This document shows positions 27,489 to 37,895 of a DNA stretch of 64,000 nt, one piece after another. Each line of letters opens with the position of its first letter. Position 1 is the stretch's first letter. Source of the stretch: an uncultured delta proteobacterium (GTDB taxonomy: Bacteria > Desulfobacterota > Desulfobacteria > Desulfobacterales > JAFDCJ01); NCBI GenBank assembly GCA_963769935.1, contig CAVYNY010000011.1, forward strand, positions 32,001 to 96,000. The letters are read 5' to 3'. The notes beneath the pieces were generated by a model, which was not told where the DNA came from, made no database searches, and saw nothing but the letters and a program-made list of their open reading frames with translations. The translations under genes and the position numbers were made by a program.

Positions 27489-29234
27489 TCACTTTTTATA
27501 AAGCCGTTTGAGATCCTCCCAGGCATCCGTCAGCATGGCATTGGGCACATAGCCGTGGACATAATCCCGGTAGGCGCGGACGTTGATTTGCTGGTAGAGC
27601 GGGATCCCGACGGCATCCTGATACCACAGGTACTGCAGTCTGGTGTAAATCTGTTCGCGCCGGACCGGGTCGACGGTGGCGATGCCGGCCTCGCAAAGAC
27701 GGTCCACCTCGTCATTTTTATACGCCAGAAACCGGCCGTACACACCCCGGGAGTGCATAAAACTGTACATAAAGTTGTGCGGATCGGCATAGTCCGCCAC
27801 CCAGCCGGTAATAAAAATCGGGTACTGGAAATTACGGTATTGCACCAGATAGTCCTTCCACTCCACATTGCGCACCTCGATCTTGAATTTCGCATTCAAA
27901 GACATCAGGTTTTCCGCCAGCATCAGGGCCGCGGCCTCCCGCATTTCGTTGCCGGTGTTGTGGGCAATGACCATTTTAAAGCCTTTTTGCCATACCTCTC
28001 CCTTCCAGGCTTTTTGCAGATATTGCTTTGATTTGTTCAGATCGAATTCGTAAACCGGTACATCTTTGTGGAAGGGCAGACCCTCAATGTCGGGGCTGGT
28101 CGGCAGGATAACCAGGTTGTTGAACACATCCGCTTTGTAAGTTTGACGGTCAAAGGCGTGCAGAAATGCCTTGCGGACGTTGACATCATTAAAAAAGTCA
28201 GGTGGAACGCCGTCACCGTCCAGCCGGCCGCTGCCGATATTCGGATTGCCGCGAGGATTCACCTTGCGGCAGAAAAGAGCACAGGTGAGGGACAGCTGGG
28301 GTGTCATATACAGCTTCAGTCCCGGCATGGCCTCCACCTCCGGCACATAGGGTGTGTCCACCGTGACGCGGTCGGCATCGCCGTTTTGGAGCATGAGCTT
28401 GCGGGTGCTCCACTCCTTGACATATTTGATGACAGCGGTTTTGAGTGCCGGCCGGGGTCCCCAATATCCCTCAAAACGCTCAAACACAAACTGCTGGGAA
28501 GGCTCCCACAGCTTCATGCGGTAGGCACCGGTGCCGTTGGCAATACCTTGCAGGGGTTCATGCCCCGGCGCCGGGTTGTTGAATCGGGCGGCATTTTTGA
28601 TGCTGCCGTCCCAGCAGCCCTTGGAAATCGCCCATTCCCGGTCCAATATGGAAGCGGCGGAATAGGCCAGAATGCCCATCAACGGCGGAAACGGCCGCGG
28701 CAGGTGAAAAACAATGCGATCGTCTTTGACTTCCACGGCCTGGTCGATGGCTTCAAAGATCCCGGCAATGATGGCGCCGTCCTTATCCCTGGTTGAACCA
28801 CGGCCGGTCAACGCCTCCAGCAGCATCCACATGGGGCCGCCGTCCGGATCCACGATCATGGCGCGTTTAATTGAGTAGGCAACATCTTCCGGCGTTAATT
28901 CGCCGCCTTCCTGAAATTTAACCCCCTTGCGGATATGGAAAGTATAAGTTTTTCCGTCCGGTGAGATTCCCCCGTTTTCAAGGGTCGGAACATATTGGGC
29001 CAGCAGCGGAACATATTTTTCGGTGCTGGAACCGTCAAAGAACACCAGGGTTTCGTAGATATTCCAGATTCTCTGTGAGCCGGTGGCATCATAGCAAACC
29101 GCCGGGTCCAGGGTGCGCAGGGTGCCGTAGTTGGCCAGCACAAATGTGTCCGGATTTTTTACGATTGCATGCGCGGTGAGGGTCCCCATCACAATCAGAA
29201 AGCAGCAAAAAATTATCAAACCCGTCTTTTTCAT
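27489..29234 (-). CDS. Family 5 peptide ABC substrate-binding protein
   Basis: MKKTG signal peptide, TLDPA.CYD, IRKGVKF, GTGAY, GWVADYADP; SD GAGGT. Confidence 0.93.
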   Translation of the reverse strand: MKKTGLIIFCCFLIVMGTLTAHAIVKNPDTFVLANYGTLRTLDPAVCYDATGSQRIWNIYETLVFFDGSSTEKYVPLLAQYVPTLENGGISPDGKTYTFHIRKGVKFQEGGELTPEDVAYSIKRAMIVDPDGGPMWMLLEALTGRGSTRDKDGAIIAGIFEAIDQAVEVKDDRIVFHLPRPFPPLMGILAYSAASILDREWAISKGCWDGSIKNAARFNNPAPGHEPLQGIANGTGAYRMKLWEPSQQFVFERFEGYWGPRPALKTAVIKYVKEWSTRKLMLQNGDADRVTVDTPYVPEVEAMPGLKLYMTPQLSLTCALFCRKVNPRGNPNIGSGRLDGDGVPPDFFNDVNVRKAFLHAFDRQTYKADVFNNLVILPTSPDIEGLPFHKDVPVYEFDLNKSKQYLQKAWKGEVWQKGFKMVIAHNTGNEMREAAALMLAENLMSLNAKFKIEVRNVEWKDYLVQYRNFQYPIFITGWVADYADPHNFMYSFMHSRGVYGRFLAYKNDEVDRLCEAGIATVDPVRREQIYTRLQYLWYQDAVGIPLYQQINVRAYRDYVHGYVPNAMLTDAWEDLKRLYKK

Positions 29235-29431
29235 ATTTACCTCACGCCGGCGCTCGTTGAGATGATTGGGTTTGCTGGATTGATTGAGTTGATGGAGTTG
29301 GATAGGAATTTTTCTTATTAGATGGTCATACCGCTTTAAAAACAACTGACTACGGACAACTATCCACGGCCATAATGCAGAATCGCTCAATTAAAGAATA
29401 ACATTTTGCCGGCGAATACCACCTTTCAGAT

Positions 29432-29686
29432 TCATTTTTTCTCAGAATCGAGATTGCTGTAAAGTTGATTCCAGCGGGCAAAGGGAATGGACTTTAGATC
29501 CTGTAGATCAGACTGCGGAATTCTGCCGATGGTGGTGTTGGGCGCGTAGTAGCACTGCTGTCCCTTGTAGGGACCATCTTCGATAATCCAGCCTTGCGTG
29601 ACAGCAAGTTTTTTGCCCACAAAATTACTTGCCTCGGAATTATATTGCTTTTGGTCGGCCGGACTGAAAATGCCTTCAAAATACAT
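29432..29686 (-). CDS. Hypothetical protein (84 aa)
   Basis: Strong SD GAGGAGG before ATG; fills the intergenic gap. Confidence 0.7.
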   Translation of the reverse strand: MYFEGIFSPADQKQYNSEASNFVGKKLAVTQGWIIEDGPYKGQQCYYAPNTTIGRIPQSDLQDLKSIPFARWNQLYSNLDSEKK

Positions 29687-29868
29687 AATCTGCCTCCTCG
29701 AAAAAATTAAGCAGGGTCGGCAATTACCCTGCTGGATTGAGTGTGTTCATTCAACATTACCCACTCGTACAAAAATGTCAAGCTTATAAAAATATTGAAA
29801 TATGATCAATTTTTAGGCTTTAAATTCAGAGGGCATACCTCGAAATGTCGCCGGTCAATCAAAAATAG

Positions 29869-30996
29869 TCATCCCAAAGCCTGGTCGATGTCGGCGATAA
29901 TGTCATCCACATCCTCAATACCGACAGATAGCCTCAGCAACCTTTCGGTGATGCCCAGCTCGGCGCGTTCTGCGCTGCTCATTTTTTCATGGGAAGTTGC
30001 TACCGGCGCACAAACAATGGTTTCAACGCCGCCGAGACTGAGAGCCGGTTTTATCAGGTTCAGCTTCTTGAGGAATTCACGGGGAGAAATGCGTTGATCG
30101 TCCAGTTCAAATGAAAGCATGCCGCCGAAGCCTTTCATCTGTCCGGCCGCAATCTCAAACCCCGGATGATTTTCCAGGCCCGGGTAGTTTACTTTCCGGA
30201 TCAGCGGATTTTTTTGCAGGTATCGGGCAATCGCCAGGGCGTTTATATTCTGCTGCGCGACCCTTATTCCCATGGTTTTTAAACTTCTTTCGATCAGATA
30301 GCAGGTGACGGCGTTCAGGCTGCCGCCGAAATTAGCGGCCGATTGTCTGATTATGGCGATCAACGCCTGGGACGCCACGACGGCGCCGCAGCAGATGTCA
30401 CTATGCCCGCCGATGTACTTGGTCCCGCTGTGCAGAACGATGTCGATTCCTAAATCAAGGGGATTCTGGTTGATCGGCGTGGCAAACGTATTGTCAATCA
30501 GGGTTAAAATATTTTTTGATTTTGCAATGCGGGAGACGGCCGCTATATCCGTGATCAACAGCAGCGGATTAGACGGCGATTCAATATAGATGATGCGGGT
30601 GTTTGGGCGGATGGCGCTTTCCAGCTCAGCCATATTGTTGGATACCAAAGTGTATTGGATGCCGAATTTATCGAATTCGGCTGTGGCAAAATGATGCGTG
30701 CCGCCGTAAATATCTCTTTGCAGAACGATGTGGTCCCCGCTGCCAAGCAAAGAAAAAATTGCGGTACTGATGGCCGCCATGCCGGAGCTGAAAAAAAGAC
30801 CGTCCTCGGCGTTTTCCAGCGCACACAATTTATTAATGATCGCTTTTTGGTTGGGCGTGTTGAAATAGCGCGGATAAACATTTTCCGGCGTGTCCAGGTA
30901 TTCAAATGAAGAAGAGGGAAAAATCGGTGTATTTATGCCTCTGGTTCGGGGGTCCGGGTAGGTGCCGCTGTGGACGCACTGCGTATTTTTTTTCAT
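29869..30996 (-). CDS. Cys/Met metabolism PLP enzyme (cystathionine beta-lyase/gamma-synthase family)
   Basis: YPRYFNTPN, SSGMAA, DNTFATP, HSGTKYIGGHSD, SLGGVET, LRLSVGIE. Confidence 0.92.
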   Translation of the reverse strand: MKKNTQCVHSGTYPDPRTRGINTPIFPSSSFEYLDTPENVYPRYFNTPNQKAIINKLCALENAEDGLFFSSGMAAISTAIFSLLGSGDHIVLQRDIYGGTHHFATAEFDKFGIQYTLVSNNMAELESAIRPNTRIIYIESPSNPLLLITDIAAVSRIAKSKNILTLIDNTFATPINQNPLDLGIDIVLHSGTKYIGGHSDICCGAVVASQALIAIIRQSAANFGGSLNAVTCYLIERSLKTMGIRVAQQNINALAIARYLQKNPLIRKVNYPGLENHPGFEIAAGQMKGFGGMLSFELDDQRISPREFLKKLNLIKPALSLGGVETIVCAPVATSHEKMSSAERAELGITERLLRLSVGIEDVDDIIADIDQALG

Positions 30997-31074
30997 AATC
31001 AGCCTCCGGTTTGGCCTCAGTCTTAAGTTGGTACTGTATATTAGTCTTAATGATGAATTCTTTGTATTACATGC

Positions 31075-31219
31075 AATCCGCCTTGGGCGGATCACCACGA
31101 AAACACGAAATTTTGAAAGCACGAAATTTATCTAATCATCTTTTCGTGTTTACGTCCTTTCGTGCTTTCGTGATTAATTTGTCCTTTTTAGTTCTCCGCC
31201 TCTGGCGGATCCGGGTTAG
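31075..31219. repeat. Family A element copy 2, flanked by TCCGCC..GGCGGA mini-hairpins
   Basis: cacgaaaacacgaaattttgaaagcacgaaatt..ttttcgtg..ctttcgtgctttcgtgatt ..tccgcctctggcggatccgggttag. Confidence 0.85.
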
Positions 31220-31454
31220 ACCAAGATCAATGAGCTTTATTCATATATCTCACCAGTTTCGATGTTCGTCAATGGATTTCAATATCGGCATCTTCCAACC
31301 TGCCATTAAAGACTTATGTTAGTAGGATCTAGCCTAAATCGGAGTTCGGTTGCCAAGCGGAGGAAAAATGGTTGTCCGAATCCGGCACAGTCTATTTTAA
31401 AATAATTCCGGTAGCTTCCAACGGAAGCTGCCAGAAACCAAGAGGAGATTCAAC

Positions 31455-32405
31455 GTGAAACGTTGCTTTATTGCACTCATCATTCTGTTTTCAGCCGGCC
31501 TGTACGCCGTCAATGTTTATGCCTCCGACAAGATCTCTTTTGGAACTTACACCTCCGCTCAATTTCGGGACTACTGGTATAACCATGGCGCCGAAATCTC
31601 CCGCTTCAATCTGCACCAGATGCGTTACGGGGAAATCCATCAGGGGGACGCCGTACTGGTATTTGTCACCGAAGAAATGAATCCCGCCATTCAGGTCAAA
31701 GCGGATAATCCCGGACCTGAAGATATTCCCGTGTTAAAGCTGAATGCCGTCCGCAAATTTTTTACCGGCATCTATCCTTATTCGATCATGACATCCATCT
31801 TCAGCCCGGTGGATATCCAAAAATATCCGCTGCCCCTTAAAATCAGTTTATCCACCCAGGAGTGGTGCGGAAATGTTTACACTCAGATGAATCTGCAAAA
31901 CGCCGAATACCGGGTGAGGCTGCATTCCTACTTTGAAAAAGAAGGCGACCAGGATTTCACGGTAAAAAAATACATGCCCGAGGATGCTGTCTGGAACATA
32001 ATTCGAATCGCCCCGCAGGACCTGCCGCAGGGGGAGTTCCTCATGATTCCCGGCACGGCCTATGCGCGCCTGGTTCACCATCCTTTGGAACCGCAAAAGG
32101 CCGTCGCTGAGCTGGAGCCGGATAAGGAAAAAAGTCTTGAAGGCAACCCGCTGGTACGTTACGAATTAAACTTGCCCGGCGAACAGCGGACCCTGCGAAT
32201 TTTTTTCGAAAAGGATTTCCCCTATCGCATTCAGAAATGGGAGGAATCCTACCCCGGTCTGGCTGGCGCGGCCGGCAAAGATCTAACGACCCGTGCCGTG
32301 CGGACCCATACCATTATGGATGCCTACTGGCAGCATCATCGCAACAAGGATCGTGAGTTGTTGAAAAAGCTCGGGTTGAGTGCGCGGGAGATGGGAAGCG
32401 ATTGA
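31455..32405 (+). CDS. Conserved exported hypothetical protein
   Basis: Signal peptide; YWY..GAEI, RYGE, VFVTE, KLN..RKFFTGIYPYS, QEWCG; SD AGAGGAG. Confidence 0.8.
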   Translation: MKRCFIALIILFSAGLYAVNVYASDKISFGTYTSAQFRDYWYNHGAEISRFNLHQMRYGEIHQGDAVLVFVTEEMNPAIQVKADNPGPEDIPVLKLNAVRKFFTGIYPYSIMTSIFSPVDIQKYPLPLKISLSTQEWCGNVYTQMNLQNAEYRVRLHSYFEKEGDQDFTVKKYMPEDAVWNIIRIAPQDLPQGEFLMIPGTAYARLVHHPLEPQKAVAELEPDKEKSLEGNPLVRYELNLPGEQRTLRIFFEKDFPYRIQKWEESYPGLAGAAGKDLTTRAVRTHTIMDAYWQHHRNKDRELLKKLGLSAREMGSD

Positions 32406-32447
32406 ATACGGCTTATGCAACTTAATGATTGCGGCATGAAAAAAGAT

Positions 32448-32572
32448 CAAATTACAAGCACCAAATTCCAAATAAATTTCAAATCCCAATATCCAATGAC
32501 CAAAACAGTTTTGGAATTTGGAATTTTGATCATTTGAATTTGTTTGTATTTTGTGATTTGTTATTTGGAATT
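32448..32572. repeat. Family E inverted 7-mer hairpin (CCAAATT / AATTTGG)
   Basis: caaattacaagcaccaaattccaaataaat ... ttggaatttggaatt..ttatttggaattt; second copy 34428-34696. Confidence 0.8.
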
Positions 32573-32646
32573 TCTTATAACACCACTAGCCGCATCTATG
32601 CAATTTAATGACGACTAATCCCACGAAGATTATGGAATAACCTGGT

Positions 32647-34377
32647 ATGCCTATTTACAATGCCGACATTGCCGATATTTTCGACGAAATTGCCGACTAT
32701 CTGGAGATTGACGAGGATGGCAATCCTTTTCGAATCCGCGCCTACCGCAACGCGGCCCGCAGCGTCCGCGGCCTGGGGGCGGAGCTCAAAGACCTGGTGG
32801 CTGAAAAAGAGGACCTTACGAAACTTCCCGGTATCGGCAAAGAATTGGCCGCCAAAATCGTCGAAATCCTGCAAACCGGATCTACCCATGCGTTGAAAAA
32901 TCTTCAGGACAAAATCCCCGCCGAAGTCATCCAGATGTTAAAGATTCCCAACCTGGGGCCCAAACGGGTGCGGGTTTTGTACCATGATCTCAAGATTCAA
33001 AGTTTGAAGCTGCTGCTGCAGGCTGCCCAGCAAGGCCGGATAAGGTCTTTGCCGGGTTTCGGCCGAAAAACGGAAACCCGGATCCTGGAGGCCGTCCAGG
33101 CCTTCTCGGCGCAGGAAACGCGTTTTAAGATTGCGGCGGTTCGGCCAGATGTCGATGCCCTGCTCGAATATCTGGAAAAAGTGCCCGGGGTAGAACAGGC
33201 TGTGGCGGCCGGCAGTTTCCGGCGGTCCAAGGATACCGTGGGGGATCTTGATATTCTGGTCGCCGCCGGCAGCAACAGCCCCGTAATGGACCGCTTTGTC
33301 GAGTATGAAGATGTTAAAGATGTTTTATCCAAAGGAACCACGCGTTCCAGCGTCGTTTGGCGTTCAGGATTACAGATCGATCTCAGACTGGTTGAAGCGC
33401 AGAGCTTTGGTGCCGCGCTGCAGTATTTTACCGGGAGCCAGGCTCACAACATCGCTATCCGCGGCCTGGGGCACCGGCACGGACTGAAAATCAACGAATA
33501 CGGTGTCTTCAAGCTTGATGAGCGGATTGCCGGCGATACCGAGCAATCCGTGTACGAATCTATCGGTCTACCCTATATTCCACCGGAGCTGCGTGAGAAC
33601 CGGGGAGAGATCGAAGCGGCCCGCGACAACCGCCTGCCGCGCTTAATCGAGCTGAAGGATTTAAAAGGCGATCTGCACTCCCACACCAACTGGTCGGACG
33701 GCCGCAACACGCTGGCAGAAATGGTAAAGGCAGCCCAGCACAAAGGCTTGAAATATCTGGCCGTCACGGAACACTCGGATCGACTGAAGGTGGCCGGCGG
33801 GCTGGGTGATTCCCGCTTGCTGGCGCAAATGGAAAAAATCGATAAATTAAACGAGGATCTTCGTGAGATTACGCTGCTCAAAGGCATCGAAGTGGAGATA
33901 TTGGAAGACGGCAGCCTGGATTTGTCCGATGACATCCTGGGCCGGCTGGATCTGGTCGTGGGTTCGATTCACAGCTATTTTAATCTGCCGCGGCAGAAGC
34001 AAACCGAACGCATTCTGCGGGCCATGGATCACAGGTACTTTTCGATCCTGGCGCATCCGATCAACCGGCTGATCGATGAGCGCGCACCCATCGAAGTTGA
34101 GATGACCAAGGTGATTCAAAAGGCAAAAGCGCGCGGCTGTTATCTCGAGCTGAACTCGAATCCCCGGCGTCTGGACCTTTATGACACTTACTGTCAGGCT
34201 GCCAAGGCAGAAGGTGTGCCGGTGGCCATCAACTCGGATGCCCACAGTGGGGACAGTTTCGATCATTTGCGCTATGGGGTGGGCCAGGCACGCCGCGGCT
34301 GGCTGGAAAAGGATGATGTGGTCAATACGAGGCCGCTGGGGGAATTGCGCAAGCTGCTTAAACGGACGATGGGGTGA
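32647..34377 (+). CDS. polX: DNA polymerase X with PHP domain
   Basis: AYRNAA, HhH LPGIGK, GSFRR..GDLDIL, QIDLR, YFTGS, DLHSHT, INSDAH. Confidence 0.96.
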   Translation: MPIYNADIADIFDEIADYLEIDEDGNPFRIRAYRNAARSVRGLGAELKDLVAEKEDLTKLPGIGKELAAKIVEILQTGSTHALKNLQDKIPAEVIQMLKIPNLGPKRVRVLYHDLKIQSLKLLLQAAQQGRIRSLPGFGRKTETRILEAVQAFSAQETRFKIAAVRPDVDALLEYLEKVPGVEQAVAAGSFRRSKDTVGDLDILVAAGSNSPVMDRFVEYEDVKDVLSKGTTRSSVVWRSGLQIDLRLVEAQSFGAALQYFTGSQAHNIAIRGLGHRHGLKINEYGVFKLDERIAGDTEQSVYESIGLPYIPPELRENRGEIEAARDNRLPRLIELKDLKGDLHSHTNWSDGRNTLAEMVKAAQHKGLKYLAVTEHSDRLKVAGGLGDSRLLAQMEKIDKLNEDLREITLLKGIEVEILEDGSLDLSDDILGRLDLVVGSIHSYFNLPRQKQTERILRAMDHRYFSILAHPINRLIDERAPIEVEMTKVIQKAKARGCYLELNSNPRRLDLYDTYCQAAKAEGVPVAINSDAHSGDSFDHLRYGVGQARRGWLEKDDVVNTRPLGELRKLLKRTMG

Positions 34378-34427
34378 CGGGGCGCGGGGTGCGAGTAGCG
34401 AGGTGCGGGATATGACAGGTAAGGATT

Positions 34428-34696
34428 AAATTCCAAATATCAAAATACCAATAAATCCCAATTTCCAAATAACAAATCCCAAACAAATTCCAATAACCAA
34501 AATTCAAAATTACAAACCGGATGCACCTGTTTTGATGACCGCTTCAGATAAAAATGCAATTATTTTTCACGAATGCACGAAAATTCTAAACTGAGAACAA
34601 ATCATTCAAATGGAATTACTTGGTTTGGCCGGTTTTGGACATTGATTATTGTAATTTGGGATTTATTTGTGATTTGGTGCTTGGAATTTGGAATTT
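34428..34696. repeat. Family E inverted 7-mer hairpin, copy 2
   Basis: aaattccaaatatcaaaatacc.. ...gatttggtgcttggaatttggaattt with a roughly 100-bp non-repeat core. Confidence 0.8.
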
Positions 34697-34781
34697 ATAT
34701 CCTGCCGGTAATGCTCTGTTATTGGTTGTCTGCCCACTGAGACCTGACATGACACCCGTTTTCATATAAGGAATAAACCGA

Positions 34782-35582
34782 ATGATCAAAATCGGTCCTG
34801 GCGGTTCGGATGGTTTGGGAAATCTGAAAGGTGTGCAGAAAGTTGCCGCAATGGGCCTGGACTGCATGGAGGTCGAATTCACCTACGGGGTGCGCATGGA
34901 TCTGAAAACCGCTGAAGCGGTTGGCGTTCTGGCCAAAGAAAAAGGGATTATCTTATCCGTGCACGCACCCTATTATATCAACCTCGCTTCGGATGAAAAA
35001 GACAAGTTTGCCGCCAGCCGCAAACGGATTCTGGATTCGTGTGAGAAAGCGCACACCATGGGCGCCCAAAATGTGAGCTTCCATGCCGGATTCTATCAAA
35101 ATCGACCTGTCGAGCAGACCTATCATTTGATTAAAAACGCGATGGTCGGGTTGCAGAAAGAAGTTGCGGACAATGGCTGGAAGGTCAAGTTGTGTCCCGA
35201 AATAACCGGCAAACAATCCCAATTCGGTTCTTTGCAGGAGCTCGTGCGCTTAAAAAAGGAAATCCGCTGCGGGATAACCGTCGACTTCTCCCATTTATAT
35301 GCCCGTCAGCAGGGCGACATCGATTACGCCCGGATTCTCAAAAAACTGCCCAAAAAATTTCATGCACACTTTTCCGGCATCGAGTATGGAGATAAGGGCG
35401 AACAAAAGCACGTTCGGACCGCCAAAAAATTTTTTGAGCCGCTGGCCAGAGAATTAATCAGGCGCAAGGTGGATATTACCATCATCAACGAATCTCCCAA
35501 GCCTTACGAAGATGCCCTGATGATGAAAAAATTGATAGTGAAACTTCAGAATGATAGTGATTTTATGAATTTTCATATGTAA
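34782..35582 (+). CDS. Endonuclease IV-like TIM barrel (AP endonuclease 2 family, archaeal-like)
   Basis: MEVEFTYGVRM, HAPYYINL, HAGFY, PEITGK.SQFG, DFSH, HFSGIEYG..GE.KH, INESP. Confidence 0.85.
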   Translation: MIKIGPGGSDGLGNLKGVQKVAAMGLDCMEVEFTYGVRMDLKTAEAVGVLAKEKGIILSVHAPYYINLASDEKDKFAASRKRILDSCEKAHTMGAQNVSFHAGFYQNRPVEQTYHLIKNAMVGLQKEVADNGWKVKLCPEITGKQSQFGSLQELVRLKKEIRCGITVDFSHLYARQQGDIDYARILKKLPKKFHAHFSGIEYGDKGEQKHVRTAKKFFEPLARELIRRKVDITIINESPKPYEDALMMKKLIVKLQNDSDFMNFHM

Positions 35583-35747
35583 GAACAACAGCCCGGCATC
35601 GAACCACTAAGGCGACATTTTGCAGTCCAAAAACTTCGGATCGGAAACCGCTCCGAATGAAGACAAGATCACTTTGTTTCGTTCTGTCAGAGGTTTTGAA
35701 CCTTGAACCTTGAACCCCGAACCGCTCAACTTGGGTTTATCTAAATC

Positions 35748-36653
35748 ATGCTTAATTTTGTTCTCTATGCGACTACCACCCTGATCTGGGGTTCGACCTG
35801 GCTTGGCATCAAAATGCAGTTAACGCAGGTGCCGCCGATTTTATCCGTAGGCTACCGCTTCTGCCTGGCATCGAGCATACTTCTCATTTATTGCCTAATT
35901 ACGAAAAAAAATCTTATGTTCTCCCGGCGCGACCATTTTTTTATGGCTCTCCAGGGTTTCACGCTCTTCGGCCTGGGTTACATCATGAGTTATCTGGCCA
36001 CCTCGTATTTGACCAGCGGATTGGTGGCCGTCGTATTTTCAACTATTTTAATGTGGAACATTCTGAATTTGAGATTATTTATGGGACAGCCTGTTGCCTG
36101 GCGGGCGTTCGCGGGTGGCATCCTGGGCCTGACCGGAATTTGTATCGTGTTCTGGCACGACCTGGCGGCCTTCACCGCGACCCGCGGGATTATCGGTCTG
36201 ATAATGGCACTGGTCGGCGCCTATCTCGCTTCGATCGGCAATGTGGTCGGATCACGCAATGCCAGGAGCGGCGTGCCCGTCACCCAAGCCAACGTTTACG
36301 GCATGGCTTACGGGGCACTTTTATGCCTGGCAATTCATTTTGGGGGCGGCGGCGCACTTGTTATGGATTGGACGCTCGGTTATCTCGGCCCCATTTTGTA
36401 TCTGACCGTTTTCGGGTCGGTGGTAGCATTCGGCTGTTACATGCTGTTGATCGGCCGAATCGGTGCCGATTTCGCCGCCTATGTTATGCTTTTGATCCCC
36501 GTCGTGGCGTTGACACTTTCGACCTTTTTTGAAAAATATCAATGGTCCGCCAGTGCGGTATTCGGCGTCATCGTCGTTTTGTTCGGCAACCTGATTATCC
36601 TAACTCCGACTGGAATTTTGGAGAAAGCCTTCCGTAAAGCAGCAACCGGCTAA
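35748..36653 (+). CDS. DMT/EamA family transporter
   Basis: LIWGSTW..IK.Q, about 10 TM helices, GSVVAF. Confidence 0.92.
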   Translation: MLNFVLYATTTLIWGSTWLGIKMQLTQVPPILSVGYRFCLASSILLIYCLITKKNLMFSRRDHFFMALQGFTLFGLGYIMSYLATSYLTSGLVAVVFSTILMWNILNLRLFMGQPVAWRAFAGGILGLTGICIVFWHDLAAFTATRGIIGLIMALVGAYLASIGNVVGSRNARSGVPVTQANVYGMAYGALLCLAIHFGGGGALVMDWTLGYLGPILYLTVFGSVVAFGCYMLLIGRIGADFAAYVMLLIPVVALTLSTFFEKYQWSASAVFGVIVVLFGNLIILTPTGILEKAFRKAATG

Positions 36654-36664
36654 ATACGCTGTAT

Positions 36665-37171
36665 TTAATCCTGCCCTTCGGCGGAGGTTTTTTTCTCGGC
36701 GCCTTTGCCGGCTCTCGCATCCGTCAATTTCTGTTTAAGCGCTTCATACTGCGCTTCGTCATAGGCGCCGAGCTCTTTGGAGTGCATGCGCCAGGTTTGA
36801 AGACAGACATTGGCGTTATAATAGTCTTCATCCAGAATAAATTCTTCAAAGCATTTCAGGGATTCATTAATGGATTTTTCATATAACTGCTTTTTGAATT
36901 CATTGAATTGTTCCTGATCAAAGGTGCCGGCATCAATCGCTGCGCTGCGCCAGACGTTCAGGGCAACGCGGCTGGCGTAATATCCCTCGGTTTCCAGCGT
37001 TCTTTTGAGCCGCCAGAACGAGTTGGCGGCTTCCCGCTTCAACATACTTTGTTTAGCCTTTTCATCCGGACTTTGCTCGGATTTGTCCTGTGCCATGGAT
37101 AGGGATACCAGCAGCACAACTGATATGAATGCGGCGGTCATGATGAATATTCTGCGAAGAGAAACTGTCAT
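36665..37171 (-). CDS. Exported hypothetical protein with two helical repeats
   Basis: Signal peptide; YY..V.L..WR.....G.FD..QF...K..L repeated twice. Confidence 0.75.
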   Translation of the reverse strand: MTVSLRRIFIMTAAFISVVLLVSLSMAQDKSEQSPDEKAKQSMLKREAANSFWRLKRTLETEGYYASRVALNVWRSAAIDAGTFDQEQFNEFKKQLYEKSINESLKCFEEFILDEDYYNANVCLQTWRMHSKELGAYDEAQYEALKQKLTDARAGKGAEKKTSAEGQD

Positions 37172-37499
37172 TTTTTTAGTTAAAAATCCTGATCCGTAAA
37201 TTATGACGCTGTGTATAGCTTATAACAAATTCAGTAATAGGTCAAAAACAAGAAAACTTAGATGGGTTTGCATGGGGCTGCGCGCTGCGGTCCCACAGGC
37301 AGGGTTCAGGGGTTTGGGGCTTCCGACTTCGCTCTTCGAGCTTCAGGCTTCGTTAAAACTTCGACCCGACAAGACGACGGGACAAGACGACCCCACAGGC
37401 AGGATTCAAAGGTTGGGGTTATGAAATACCGGGTTGCCAACTGGTAAATAGAAGGAATGGCGGCCAATCTTGTTCGGCAAACTTTAGACCTATTGGTGG

Positions 37500-37895
37500 T
37501 CAGATGTTTGCCGGCTGCAATTTTTCTACAAAAGGTCTATCGGCCGGCGCAAATTCATATTCCCGCAGCTGATTCAATGCAACCCACCTTACGGCAGCAT
37601 GCGCATTCAGGGAAAAATTTCCTCCTGTCCAGACTGTGTGATAAGCCAGCAGCTGAATTATTCCCGACTCGTAGGGATAGGTGCTTTCGCCGAAAAATTC
37701 CCCTACCAAGACGTCTATGCCGAATTCTTCCTTCATTTCCCGTGCCAGACATTCCTGCGGAGTTTCACTTTCCTCGATTTTGCCGCCGGGAAACTCCCAT
37801 TTGCCGGCCAGTTTGTCATTGTCCCTGCGCCGGGCGATCAGAACTCGGTCCTTTTGCATCAATATAGCAGCAGTTACCCGTACCATCATATTCAT
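37500..37895 (-). CDS. MutT/NudG-type NUDIX hydrolase
   Basis: WEFPGGKIE..ETPQECLAREMKEEFG Nudix box; FAPAD. Confidence 0.92.
   Translation of the reverse strand: MNMMVRVTAAILMQKDRVLIARRRDNDKLAGKWEFPGGKIEESETPQECLAREMKEEFGIDVLVGEFFGESTYPYESGIIQLLAYHTVWTGGNFSLNAHAAVRWVALNQLREYEFAPADRPFVEKLQPANI

Noticed and set aside
17745..34696. CRISPR arrays in the repeat tracts
   Set aside because: Units are degenerate 7-9-mers without unique spacers, and there are no cas genes
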